A DNA stretch of 64,000 nucleotides from Paraphysomonas bandaiensis. Lineage: Eukaryota; Protista; Chrysophyceae. Below, one piece after another: positions 1 through 13,751 of this stretch. A program made the translations under genes and the position numbers. The notes beneath the pieces are model-generated. The model saw only the letters and a list, made by a program, of their open reading frames with translations, was not told the origin of the DNA and searched no databases. Location of the stretch: contig CBFFRP010000028.1 in assembly GCA_965644295.1 (NCBI GenBank), positions 1-64,000 of the forward strand. Direction: 5' to 3'. Each line of letters begins with the position of its first letter. Position 1 is the stretch's first letter.

Positions 1-56
1 CCTGTATGTGATTTAGCTATACTCCACTGTTACTTATAATCGAAACTATGTTGTAG

Positions 57-561
57 ACATCCTGAAGTCAGTGATCCGCATGACAGTGATGGTGACGATG
101 ATGCCAGTAGTGATGGTCATGGTGGTATTGGAGAGGATTATAATTTATCGGATGAGGGTGAGGATGAGGTGATTGAGGACTCAGTTGCCACTACTTCCGC
201 CAGTGATTCTCTGAAATCTCTCAGAAAATCACGAAGAAAGCGCAAGCCAGTAACTCAAATTTATTCACCTGCCATAGAAAAACGGCCAAAAAGAAGAGAA
301 GCACAAAAAAAGGTAGTGAAAGAGAGGAAGAAACCCACCACTGGATCACAACCTCGCCGTTCCCCCCGGAAACATGTTATCAAGGAAAGTCATAACGATG
401 CGCCGCTGCGTAAACGACCACCGCTGCCTCCTCCATCCAAGCGATTAGCCCCACCCAGCGGTGATTATGACATTAAAGCAGTGCTTACCAAGATGGTTCA
501 GCAACAAAGTGAGCTTCTGAAGCTCATGCATGATAATTGCAATAAGTCGACCTGGGCATAA
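57..561 (+). CDS. 3' exon of an uncharacterised low-complexity (acidic, then K/R/P-rich) protein; may belong to the adjacent transposon
   Basis: Acceptor-like TTGTAG at ~51-56, then an open frame (DSDGDDD..., RKSRRKRK..., coiled-coil-like end) to the stop at 561. No recognisable domain. Confidence 0.35.
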
Positions 562-804
562 AACCTGGTGAACGGTCGAAACCTGGGAAAATTTTACAAA
601 TGATACTGCTAACTAAAATTAGACAGCGTTTTGTTTAAACTAGTGTAGTAGGTATTGCATTGATGCATTTTTAATGCATTTTGATTATATTTTAAAGTCA
701 TTAGAGTGGTTATAATAACCCAAACATGTAACGGATATACGTATATATGTTGCTATAGTATACTATATATATATACACAACCACATTGCATATCTACCAA
801 GATT

Positions 805-3637
805 CTACACACGGTAATCTGCAACAGTTCTGGTGCGCTTGCCAGATACAATAGGAGCAGCACCAACTGCGCCAGTATCTATCCACTCTTGAACAGGTTC
901 TTGAGCGTAATCCCATGTCTTGACACGTTTTCTCCTATTGGAGGGTGCTGGAGTTTTCTGTGGGGCTATTGTCGTAAAATTATATAAGAAAAATATAACA
1001 AACGAATCGATACACATACCAGGTGCAAGGGAGAAATGCTTGGGGAGTACGGACTTGTCCTCTCTGCTAGAAGATTTCTTATTGCTGTTCTTGTAAACAA
1101 GATGGCAAGTACCATCATCATTTATAGCATGTATAGTGCCACGCATTTTGGTGACAGTAATAATTTCATCGCCAACAGAGTAAGTGGTCAAGGGGTCACT
1201 ATCATGAGATGAAGTCTCCTGCTGAATATCATCTTCATCAGAACTGTCGATTCGTGTGTTGACCTTTTGTTTGTTCCCTGGGTCCGCTTCTTCAGCATGT
1301 CAAAGGTGGTGGGAGGTATAAAATCAATCTCATTGGACCTGTCCTCCTCTAAGTCCCACCCTTCTTTCTTCCTACGGGCGTCCAGTCTTGCCTGCTTATG
1401 CTGCTCCGCTTTCTTTAGCCTCTTAGCTGTCTTGTTCGCTTCCCGCTGGTTATTTCTGGCTCTGTATACGGCATTCAGAGCACCTTTCTCAACTGTAACT
1501 TGCTTTCCATCAGCATCTACTACAGCAATACAAGGGGGCTTCATTCTAGCCTTTATACTGTGCATAACACAAAAAGTTGAAACAACAACTTTTCGCAAAC
1601 CCTGTGTAGATAAACGCTGTTGTACTCGTGGGTTGCATGTTCTAGCTTCAACTTCATAAGGAGATATGCCAGTCCGATCAGATAATTCGTTCTTGAATGG
1701 AATAAAAAGCCCGCTTTCAGCAACATAGTCTTGAGCTGAGTCCGACTGAGGAAACAAGTGATCCTCAAAATGCTTCCATCATTCGTTGGCAATATCAGGA
1801 TTATCGTTCTTGTAAGTAGCATACATCTTCTTAGATAACTGCTCAACTACAGCACGAGATCCCAAAATAAAGGGCTCTGGCTTAAAGTCACCACTTGGAA
1901 ACGATTTCAAAACATTTAGCGGTTCTTCATGAGGTAATGGCTTAACTTCACTGATACAATTTGAGCAATTAACCCAGACGCTCTCTTCTCGTCCTCCGGT
2001 GCATCCTCATCCTGTTTAACGATCTCAATGTCAGAATCCTGAGCGTATGCACGATAGGTAGTTTTGACACCCATTTGCCACTGTCTGAGATCATCTTCCG
2101 TCGTGACACGTTCAAAAGTAAACTGGAGCTGCGTCCACTCCTCTTTGGCAAACTTCTGAATATATGAATCAATGCACTCACTTATAATTGATGAGTAGTT
2201 CGGGAGCACAAACAAATCAACCACTTCAACGACTACTTTCTTTCTCAACGCCGAACCAATAAGTTCAACAAATTGTGTTGGAGACACTATAAACTCATCT
2301 CTGAGCTTTTTCCAAATGAGTGCAAACAGAGCATCTATGTCTTCGTGTGTATGGCCAACCGGCAGTCTCGTCAATACAATCTTATCTACAATACCACAAG
2401 CAACAAGGAGAGCACACAGGCCTAGCATTACTACATTGGCGTTTTCACTTCCACCATCAATTTGATGGTAAAGTACTTTCGGAAGTTCGCCGTTTCTGTA
2501 TAATTCAAATAGACTCAGCAACCACCCGTGAATGGCCAAGTTGGCACCACCACCAATGTTAGCAAAGGAACGATATACAATCATTTTATGCCCATGCACT
2601 AATACGCCTTGTAGATGCTGCTTTATATGCAAATGTGGGAACTTTCCATTGCCGAACCATGGCAGCATACAGTGATTCTGTTGCATACCATCCTGAATAG
2701 TCGAAAGGACTTTAGCTGCAGGCAACATGCCTTCTAATCTTCTATCATAGTAGGCGCGACGCTCCCCCATAGTACTGAAACGATGAAATGCAAAGAGTTT
2801 GGTAATCTCTAATCTACCCTCCTTATCCCTGAACTTTCTTCGCATTTCGCTCAGCATTGTACATGTGTTGCAGTGTCCGCAGCTGCTTTTGTATTTCCGA
2901 ACCTTAACATGTGGGTAAACGTTTTTCCAAGTCGTTAGAAACGCATCGTAAGACACTGGCGTATCATTATGATACTCCATGTCATGTACATACTCGGTAT
3001 AGACATCCTTCTTAGGGATAGGTTCTAAATGAATCTCATTATCCGAATTCGGAACCATATCACCCACCAAGGCAAAGTAATACGTCATCCACGACGAGCA
3101 TATCATTTGATCCTCTGTGTGGCTAAGCCTCAAAGATCCAAGCTGATTAGCCGTAAGGTTGATGTTGAATGATTCCGCAAAGGATCTTATTCTGGCAGAG
3201 GGAAGCTCTGACTCAAGAATTCTGGGGTGTGGATTGAGGTGCGAGCATGCATTCAAGTGTTTCTTCTTTAACTTGTCAACTACATCTTCAATATACCAGT
3301 GGGAGACATTGTATGCAACACAGAATCCACGGCGGCACACTATATACATCCCTTCCCCCTCACCGACGAGAATGGTATACTTGTATTTCTTCGCCTTGGT
3401 GACACGAACTTGAAAAGAGCGGAACTTGTCGAGGAGTAGTTCCTTCTTCTCCTCACGATTTAATCTTGCGATCTCCTCAATACAACTCATATGTAACTGA
3501 CGAGCACGAAAGACCTCGTCAACATGCCTATGCTTATACAACAAGCATCCCTCGCAAGCACAGGTCAGCATACATATAATGCAGCAGCACACTGATGTAA
3601 AGGAGTTCAGCATTGCCAGAGGGTCCTTCATCTCCAC
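805..3637 (-). pseudogene. DUF7869-type (Sola-like DDD) transposase pseudogene with C-terminal Tudor-like domain
   Basis: ORF 1916-3637 has CGHCNTC, IQDGMQQ, QIDGGSEN and LPVGHTHEDIDALF motifs. Coding continues through a frameshift at ~1945, an in-frame TGA at ~1780 and a second frameshift at ~1300 into YSVGDEI...GTIHAINDDGTCHLVY. Confidence 0.65.
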
Positions 3638-3703
3638 CTACCACATTTGTACAGTATGTTTAGGCATGGAATCTTGTGTAACAGACAAAAAAACATTGGC
3701 GCC

Positions 3704-4461
3704 GCATATATCATTCATATATATAAATACCACGGTGCACCCGCTCCGTAGGTCGCTATATTCACTGATGCAGACAGCAAGTGGGCCCTTACTGTACTGC
3801 AACAAAGAAATAGAACCGAGCTGGGTGTGCACCGTGTACCATGTACACCCGCTCAAGGCAAACATATCTATGAACTAACAGTGGAGTGGCCCCTCGCACT
3901 GATAGAACAAGGACAGATGCCGAGCTGGAGAGTTACATGGGGTACGTATTGAAAAGACAGCATGCATATATCATTCATACATATAAATACCACGATGCAC
4001 CCGCTCCGTAGGTATCTATATTCACTGATGCAGACAGCAAGTGGGCCCTTACTGTACTGCAACAAAGAAATAGAACCGAGCTGGATGTGCACCGTGTACC
4101 ACGTACACCCGCTCAAGGCAAACTTATCTATGAACTAACAGAGGAGTGGCCCCTCGCACTGATAGAACAAGGACAGATGCCGAGCTGGAGAGTTACATGG
4201 GGTACGTATTAAAAAGACAGCATGCATATATTATTCATACATATAAATACCACGATGCACCCGCTCCGTAGGTATCTATATTCACTGATGCAGACAGCAA
4301 GTGGGCCCTTACTGTACTGCAACAAAGAAATAGAACCGAGCTGGATGTGCACCGTGTACCATGTACACCCGCTCAAGGCAAACATATCTATGAACTAACA
4401 GAGGAGTGGCCCCTCACACTGATAGAACAAGGACAGATGCCGAGCTGGAGAGCTACATGGG
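3704..4461. repeat. Tandem repeat, ~2.9 x 260 bp, each unit a diverged dimer
   Basis: Units start at ~3704, 3964 and 4224. The blocks CACCCGCTC, AGTGG(G/C)CCCT and CCGAGCTGG each occur twice per unit. Confidence 0.9.
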
Positions 4462-7055
4462 CATGTAGATAGTAAAGTACGTATATGATAGTATGTCAAC
4501 ACAAGTATTCATAATAATTAATGTATAGTGCACCTATTCAGCAAGGAGCGTTAAAAGGAACCCTCTTATCCAATACCAGCCATGATATAATGTGTATAGT
4601 TGGTATGGTTCCGCATCAATCACACTCATACCACATGGAACAACGCTGACACCAACTCAACAACCAGCCAGCACAATACACGAGAGAAGCTGGTCAGATG
4701 AATACTGCTCCCAGTTAACAAAATCGACACCAACCACAAGCACACATATGCCTTCAACGAGATAGTGATGTGTGTGATGTGCAGACTATCGCTGTGTGAT
4801 ATTCAAATGATGGTAATGTATGTGTTTCCCCGCATGTTGTCTGTGGGGGAGGTGGAGTGTGGGGGGATTTTTGAATTATGTGTATATTTGCTGTGTACAG
4901 CAGCATACATATACATATATATGTATGTACAGTATACCATATAGCGGTATACGGTATACGTGTATACACACACACACAACATCAACATGAAAGTGTCCAA
5001 ATCTGAATGTGATACACACATGCGATATATATGCATATATATATACATACAAGCACTGAGCAGAGCTTATTATGATCATGCGAGACGACTCCATTTCCGA
5101 ATTTTCCAGTGCATCAGAGTATATGAGGGAGATGACGCCACTTGTATTGAGTGCTGTGATTGCAAAGTCTCATTCTCCTCTGCGCAGAAAGGCGCCTCCG
5201 TGAGGATGAAGCTCTGTGAACCCTGTATGATATGGCAGCGGTGATGTCCCTCCCCACCGAAGAAACGCATAACACGTAGAGGGAAACGAGGTGCCACGAA
5301 TGGGAGTGTCAAGGGGAGAAACGGGGGAGTTAAGGGAATCAACACAGCAAAAGGAGCAGCTGCAAAGTCCAAGTACCCAACGGTATGAATACACTTGATG
5401 TAGCTTGCAGATACTAATCACTTTTGTCATATCAGAATCATGTCATTGACCTCACAGCCGATAAGGCAAGATCTACGTTGCAGGGGAGTTGCGTCTTCAA
5501 AAGCAGGAGCAAAACCACAGAGAGGGGATGGCTGCCATGGAACAGTAGCTTGTTGTGGCCTGTGCCAGTCGTGATGTTTCTGAAAAGGACGTTGTTGATA
5601 GCTAAATATCTACTGATATGCCTCATATATCACCTACTACACCTCACAATGTTTCTACTATTATGTCCCATGTAGAACCCACTATGCCTCCTAACATGCC
5701 TGCAATGTCTAATGCACCTCATATTGGCATGATGTCTGTATCTCACGGGACACCGTCGTCCTCTGAAAGCAATGCATATACGTCGTCTGCTCTACTGCGT
5801 TACAGTTAAACAACAACATGCATGATGATAGCAGTTACAAGGAATATTTCCGTATGCAGGCGGCTCAAGACCAAGCGGCTCGACTTAAGCGTGCGCTCCA
5901 AGATGCCATAAAACTGCAATTACTTCAAATCATGTTTATGAAGTAGCATTACACTATATATATGTAGTAAGGGTTAATAAGATTTGTATCATGATCATTG
6001 GTAATTATAATATTATAACAAGCATCAATTGGGAACAACATGAGTATCAGTTAGTAGTACTCTCATAATGTTTTTTTTCCCTACAACCTGTTACTAACAA
6101 GCAAAACTTACAATAACATGTCAAAGTAGTTACTATAAGCATTTTAATTGATGTTTATGCCTCCAGAAGAATTCTTTTGACATCTCTACTATACGCTAAT
6201 TTCATATGAAAACCTGGTCAAATCCACTTCCCAGGTTTCATGCCCAGGTCGACTTAATGCAACGGAGCCTGGCTTGCGTGAAGAAAAAACTTCTACTCCT
6301 TCTTCGAAGCAGCTTTCTGATCCAACCCTGCAACGTAAGCATTCGATGCAATCCTTCATCGAGAACAATCTCGAGATGGCACGGCTAATCGAGGAGAACG
6401 CAAGGCTCCGAAAGGAGCGCTTGGTTCAAAAATTTTTGTCCTCATATATGAGGAATGATGATGGCAACTTTTAATGCTGGCAACATTAATGTATGTGCTT
6501 CACACTTATTGTTGGTTTCGTTGTTGTAACATACTACATACGAATTAATTATGTTGTTATTGCTAGGGTATTAAGATTAATATGATAATAAAATACTTCT
6601 CTTGTTGGTGAGTAGTAGTCATGAATGATTAGCAATTATGTAATGTATATATATATGAATCGAGATAATACTATTATGTATTAAATGTATAGTGATGTAT
6701 ACAAGTATCATAATAATACGCTAGATACATACTGTTTAAAAATATTGTAAAACGAAGTTTTCATTCTTTAACTTATGTTTTTAATTACTATTTCATTGAG
6801 ATGATACATCATAAAGTGATTTACTTTTGATTTTAAAACTTTGAATATGCCGTTAAAAACTTCAACTTCAACATTCAATAATTTGAATGTGACAAATTTT
6901 AATGCAAAAAATAATTTTAATATACTGACAATATTCAGCGCATACATACTTGCAACTATAGCACTATTATAGCCTTATATCTAAAAATTGACCGGGAAGC
7001 GGCCAATTGACCGTCTATGTATTGGGTTCACTTCTGGTTATCAAACCGGGTGTTG

Positions 7056-8560
7056 TTATACGTTGAGCACTGCGTCCTCGATTCTGGTCTGAAGTAGATC
7101 TGGGTCTATGTATTGCTGTTCATGTACTTGTCCTCCAGCTTGTTCTTCTTGCTGTTGAACTTCTTCAATTTGATTTGTTGCCTCTTCATGAATCTGGGAT
7201 ATATCCCCTCCAAAATCTACTTCCGAATTAGCTGGAGTGGCTTGTCTTGAGGAACGTCGAGACTCCAACTGCTGCAATCTTTGTTCGAACATTTCGAAAT
7301 GAAGATCGATAGACTCAAAACGCTTATTCAGCTGCTCTTGTTGTTCAGCAAACTGTTCATTTTGTTCAGCAAACCGCTGCTGAAGGAACTCCATAATGTT
7401 TGGAACCTCTACTTCCGAACTCATAGTCGACAAAATATAAATAAACAATGTTTCTTTCTATCCGACTAAAGTATTAATACTTATTGCCTTCGTCTGCGTG
7501 GTGGCAATGGAGTTTGTAATTTGGGAGAGATCGTCAGCATACGCCTTGTCTTGGCTGTCGCAATAGTCAAAGGTGCTATATAGCTATAACTGTGAAACTG
7601 AAGTATTATGTAACGACTACGGGTGATTGAGCCTCGCTATCATGACTAACATTGCTGGTCTTATCATCCTCTCCATGTGCATAGGTGTAATCTTTCTGAT
7701 GAGAAAGACCGTGTTTACAACGTTTTATGAATTTAAAGTGCTTCCCAAACCGAGAATACACTGTCCAGAAACTGCCTCCTAACACAAGCAAACCGCTAGT
7801 ATTTAATGAATTAAAATTACGTTAAAACGTGTAAAGAAAGTGAATAACAACGCTATTCAAAGTCACTATAAATCATCTACAATCAACTGTATCATACTTG
7901 CAGTTATACGGGACGTATATCCCTTCAAGAATACTCAAACAGCATGATGTACAGACAAACTGAAAATGAAAATACAGTAACACCTTACTCCCGAGTACAA
8001 CCGTATAAGACTGTATAACTCCACGTATAGCAGTAATTACAGGTATGCGTGACACAGGTGATGTAGGGTAGGATAGTCTTCTCACAACACTCTTCACTTA
8101 ACTTCCTCTTCTTACTCTTTACTGCGCTACTTCTTAACTTTTAACTCAACTACGATATCAACTTTCACTATTATATCTAAAACTCCATATCCTTCTACCT
8201 ATATCCCCATAGTTAATTCTAGAAGTGGTTTCCCAGCCATAAATAGCTAGTTTTCTACTTCCAGAAATAATCATATAGAAATCCCTTAACATCCTGTCTA
8301 CTCCTATATCATCCTACAGAATACCTACGTATACCATCATAATACTGTACGGGTTACCCTAAACGCCCGTTACTTCCGTATATACGGATAGCCACGGTAC
8401 ACTCCAACCCTATATCTGGCCTTAAAACTCGTATCTTCTAATCTAATCATAACTACATTCTACATCTCATCTCATACTACAACCTACATCACTTCATCTT
8501 ATTCTTCAGCCATAACAACCTCCTAAATCACCCATACTTTTCATACCCAATTTTGCTACA
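7056..8560 (-). mobile_element. Probable Gypsy-like LTR (7609-8560) with truncated gag-like N-terminus
   Basis: The minus strand begins TGTAGC (8560) and ends GTTACA (7609), followed by a coiled-coil ORF at 7056-7448 typical of gag N-termini. No second LTR or pol seen. Confidence 0.4.
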
Positions 8561-10926
8561 ATTATATCATGACGATTCAAGATACGGAAGTTGAGCAGTG
8601 GTTGACATAAACGAAATAATTTATCATGTTGTTGACATGTGTTATAAATAAAGTAATCTATCTAGTTTGACTAACTTAAACTTCTCTTACTATTAGAATA
8701 TGGATCTTATTCTAGTACAGGGGGGATTCGAAATAAACGACAGTCTAATGAATGCTATGCTAGGTCAAGCTAGTTAGCTAGCTAGATGCTCTAGATAGAT
8801 TCATATGAACACTTATATAAAATGCTATCTTGAAATACATGGGTCTTGCTTATTCTAATTTACTTGTACAGTTACACACAAATTACCAAAAAAAATCATG
8901 ATTTTTACCAAATATATATCGAATAGTGAAATAGACACAATTTTGAAAATAGCATATCTGCACGAAATAAACGAATTAGAACGTCATCTATAGCGCAAAG
9001 GAAACACAATGACATAACAGTGACTATTCTGCGGTAATATTTCTATATTTCGATTCATATGCCTCGTAAATAGATGTACAAGTACAACTAAACAAACATC
9101 ATATATGTGTATTCCCGATATATAAAAATTTCAAGAAAATTGAATGAAAATGATAAAAATGATAGTTCACCTGTGTAAAGTGATAAAAAAGCTATCTTGA
9201 TCCGACTTTTTCTTGCTTATTTGAATTTCCTCCGATTTCTACATATCACCAAAAATTAGGTCAAACATACGCTATATATGCACAGGTCGGTATATAGTTA
9301 GAAGCATCACACATACCTTTATACTGCCTCCTTGCAATTCCTTCTTCTGGTACTGATCCCACTACCACTACTGGACTCTATTTCATCTTCTGGTAGCCAT
9401 TCCTCATAAATGAAGAACGATTAGATGGTCATAAGTCGATGTAACCGCCAAACCTGTTGAAATATCGAAAAAGTCGATTTAAGTTGAGTTTATGATACGC
9501 TTTGCAATAATTAGTGTAGTAGATGTAAAGAGAACATGTTTGAAATGACATCAATTACAGATCAAAAAATGTTGAATGAAACGGTTACATTATACATAAT
9601 ATATGTGCACTATAGTGCTATACAATACAAAGGTGTTATTGACTAATTAAAGTACTTACAATCGACAATCAACCGAACTTCTGTCACGTTTTCCAGTAGA
9701 ACTAGATGCATAATATACTGCACCAGTGTCTGTCAACTCCTGATTGCATAGAAATAAATGAGGAATAACAATATGTATTATTATGTATATATACTATACC
9801 TTCATATTATATCGCAACTGGTACTGCAGGATTGTTCGAACACCGTCATTATCGACCTCTGAACCTCATACATCCCTCTGCCGCTGTAAGTGAACTGTAC
9901 AACAACCTAGCTGATATTAGGGTTCTTCACCAAAGCACCAATCTCACTCCTGCAGTACAACTTCATTAGCACTTGTACCGTCGTTGCTACAGAGCAAATA
10001 TACCTTTATCACCGCTATCATCTTATATAGGTAAAACTTCAGTGTCATATCGAAAAATAGAGGTGAAAGGTGCGAAGTTATTTGCTGTGGGAACAGTAAG
10101 TAGCCCTCTCTGATACAGCTCAACGAATTGACAGACTGACAGCACTGAGCCTTTATACTTCACTACTTCGGGGTCTCTCCTCCCACGCATCGGCTATGGT
10201 GCCTATGAGTGTCAATGACTTTATTGTTGAGGCGAAAGCGGACAACACAAGACCAAGATATTAACTCCAGGACCAACTCGTTAGCCTACTGTCACTCATT
10301 GACAAGTACTGTGGTCTCTGTTGTCACAGACCCAGAGCGAAGGCATGATATATAGGCAGTTCCTACCGGTTCCGTTAATCCTGGAGGTAACTTGTTCTCC
10401 CTCGCCTTGAGAGCTTATTCAGTATATCAACTTCCATCCATCCCTCCACAGTTCTTTCGTACGCGGTTTCCACAATGGTTCTTGAAATAGGAGTGATATT
10501 ACGTCTGTATTCAACGTATATTACAAGGCATATATTACTATTAGTCAATATCTACACAAAGCCGTTACCTCGACATAACACCTCCGATGACATCAAACTC
10601 AGACAAAAACGCTTTTGGAGGGCTGCCAAATGCATGAATAGACAGGTATCTGATGACAGATCTCATTCGCAGTCATGTCAGCTGCGTGTGTGTGCTGCTC
10701 TGTGCTGATGTGAACAGAGACCGTCGAAGCAGTCTGAATATGCTGACTGCACAGAGCCTTTCGGCCCCTCTCCAGATCTGATCGCTGTTCCTCAGTCCCC
10801 GAGGGCTCAGAGAGGAGTCTCGTCCCTCCTTCCTCTTGCTGTGTGCTCATCTCTGTGTTTCTAATCCGATGGATATGAGTGCTCTCTCATCCCTCTTGTA
10901 AGGCCTAATATAGGGTTATGAGATAT

Positions 10927-13751
10927 GCAATTGTAGATATTGCAGGAAAGAAGGAATTCCTCATAGCCATTCAACTGAACAGTGTAGGAGGAAGCAGAGG
11001 AAGAAGGGTGGAGAGATATCAGGGTAGCGTCCTGGAAGTGCTGAGTATACGGGATGCAGAAATTGCAAGTCTCTGGACCGAATTTTTCAGCAGATATAGC
11101 TGTGTATTTAAATTGTCCTGCTAGAGGAGGAGAGAGGTATGTGTTGATAATAACGCATCATGCAAGTAAAATATTCTGGGCGACGGGTCTAGTCAACAGA
11201 ACTGGGGAAGCGGTATTAGAAGTCTTCAAAGAGCTGTTTAAAGGTGACGTTAAAAGGTACAAGCTCAAGATGGAGCATTATCATGCAGATGGTGCAGGAG
11301 AATTAATCAGTGAAGAGCTGCGTCAGTATCTTAGGTCACAGGAGTGCTATAAACATACATGGAGCTCAACAGACTCTCCGGAGATGAATGCCATAGAGGA
11401 AAGGAAGTTCAGAACTGCTGGAGAGAAGACCCTTGCAATGTTAATCCAATCTGGACTGCCACCGCAATTTTGGCTGGATGATGCATACATGGCAGCCAGA
11501 TATATTTTGATTCGATTGCCAACGAAAACAGATAAAGGGTATATGTCTCCTATAGAGTTTCTAAAGGGTGAGCCTCCAAATTTGAGATATCTTAGGGTAT
11601 CCGGGGGTGTCGAATTTATGTTCTTTCACCGAATGCGGATCGAAGAAAGGACTGGGAGGATAAGGCTCTAGTTGGATATTTAATGGGTTACTCTGATGAG
11701 AAGGTAGGATACCATGTATATCTTCCTGAATCAAACAAGGTGGTAACTACAGTCCATATATTGACTGATAAGTCAACGCCATCACGATCAGAGAAGTATT
11801 TCGCAGAGATTGATACTCTTCGAGTGCGGGAGGCCGCTAGACCCAAGCTTGCATCCGACTATGCCAGCTTAGAAGGAACGTATCATATTGATGAGGACGG
11901 ACTTCTGTATAAGGCAACAAGAGTTGTAGAACGTAAGGGGGTGATTGTAGCATACCGTTCACTTGTTACTGCAGGTCGCGAGCATATAGAGCACCGGGTG
12001 CCTATACACGTCGAAGTCGTGGTGCGTATGACTGCAGAAACCCCCGGGAATACCGGGTACATAGGAAAGGGGGACGCCCTGAGCACTACGCCAGCCAGGG
12101 AGCTGGACCAGGGAAGAACTGGAGGGTTCCAGGAGAGTCCTGACCCAACCTGTCAACAGACAGTCGTGAGGTTCCAGACCTCGACAGACCGTGGGTCTGA
12201 GGATGCGAGCGGGGCTCCTTCCACACCGCAAGATTTGCGGGCTCAGGATGAGCAAGGTATGGGTTCTTATATATCTACTAGACGGTGATGGTCGTGTACG
12301 GCGAAAGTCATCTTGTTTCAACTCTGCATGTTTTAAGTTAACAGTGTATGCATCTGGCACCTCAACCATATTTACTTCTCCTAACACCGATGTGTTTGCC
12401 AACCTACGCTGTAGCCGTTTCCGCCGTACACGACCATCACCGTCTAGTAGATATATACGAACCCATACCTTGCTCATCCTGAGCCCGCAAATCTTGCGGT
12501 GTGGAAGGAGCCCCGCTCGCATCCTCAGACCCACGGTCTGTCGAGGTCTGGAACCTCACGACTGTCTGTTGACAGGTTGGGTCTTCCCTGGTCCAGCTCC
12601 CTGGCTGGCGTAGTGCTCAGGGCGTACCCCTTTCCTATGTACCCGGTATTCCCGGGGGTTTCTGCAGTCATACGCACCACGTCTTCGACGTGTATAGGCA
12701 CCCGGTGCTCTATATGCTCGCGACCTGCAGTAACAAGTGAACGGTATGCTACAATCACCCCCTAGTTGTCTTATACAGAAGTCCGTCCTCATCAATACGT
12801 TCCTTCTAAGCTGGCACAGTCGGATGCAAGCTTGGGTCTAGCGGCCTCCCGCACTCGAAGAGTATCAATCTCTGCGAAATACTTCTCTGATCGTGATGGC
12901 GTTGACTCATCAGTCAATATATGGACTGTAGTTACCACCTTGTTTGATTCAGGAAGATATACATGGTATCCTACCTTCTCATCAGAGTAACCCATTAAAT
13001 ATCCAACTAGAGCCTTATCCTCCCAGTCCTTTCTTCGATCCGCATTCGGTGAAAGAACATAAATTCGACACCCCCGGATACCCTAAGATATCTCAAATTT
13101 GGAGGCTCACCCGTTAGAAACTCTATAGGAGACATATACCCTTTATCTGTTTTCGTTGGCAATCGAATCAAAATATATCTGGCTGCCATGTATGCATCAT
13201 CCAGCCAAAATTGCGGTGGCAGTCCAGATTGGATTAGCATTGCAAGGGTCTTCTTTCCAGCAGTTCTGAACTTCCTTTCCTCTATGGCATTCATCTCCGG
13301 AGAGTCTGTTGAGCTCCATGTATGTTTATAGCACTCCTGTGACCTAAGATACTGACGCAGCTCTTCACTGATTAATTCTCCTGCACCATCTGCATGATAA
13401 TGCTCCATCTTGAGCTTGTACCTTTTAACGTCACCTTTAAACAGCTCTTTGAAGACTTCTAATACCGCTTCCCCAGTTCTGTTGACTAGACCCGTCGCCC
13501 AGAATATTTTACTTGCATGATGCGTTATTATCAACACATACCTCTCTCCTCCTCTAGCAGGACAATTTAAATACACAGCTATATCTGCTGAAAAATTCGG
13601 TCCAGAGACTTGCAATTTCTGCATCCCGTATACTCAGCACTTCCAGGACGCTACCCTGATATCTCTCCACCCTTCTTCCTCTGCTTCCTCCTGCACTGTT
13701 CAGTTGAATGGCTATGAGGAATTCCTTCTTTCCTGCAATATCTACAATTGC
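10927..13751. repeat. Long inverted repeat (fold-back) of Copia zinc-knuckle/integrase sequence
   Basis: Left arm 10927-12303 and right arm 12422-13751 are reverse complements with a 118-bp spacer. ORFs 11054-11671(+) and 13007-13624(-) are near-identical (HADGAGEL, SPEMNAIEER). Confidence 0.95.

Noticed and set aside
1775-1785. In-frame TGA as evidence of an alternative genetic code
   Set aside because: The same gene has frameshifts, and host genes end with TGA and use TGG for Trp.
8600-10900. Coding-like and LTR-like fragments
   Set aside because: Too degraded to assign. Only a short dispersed repeat (~8566-8640, similar to ~30447-30520) is evident.
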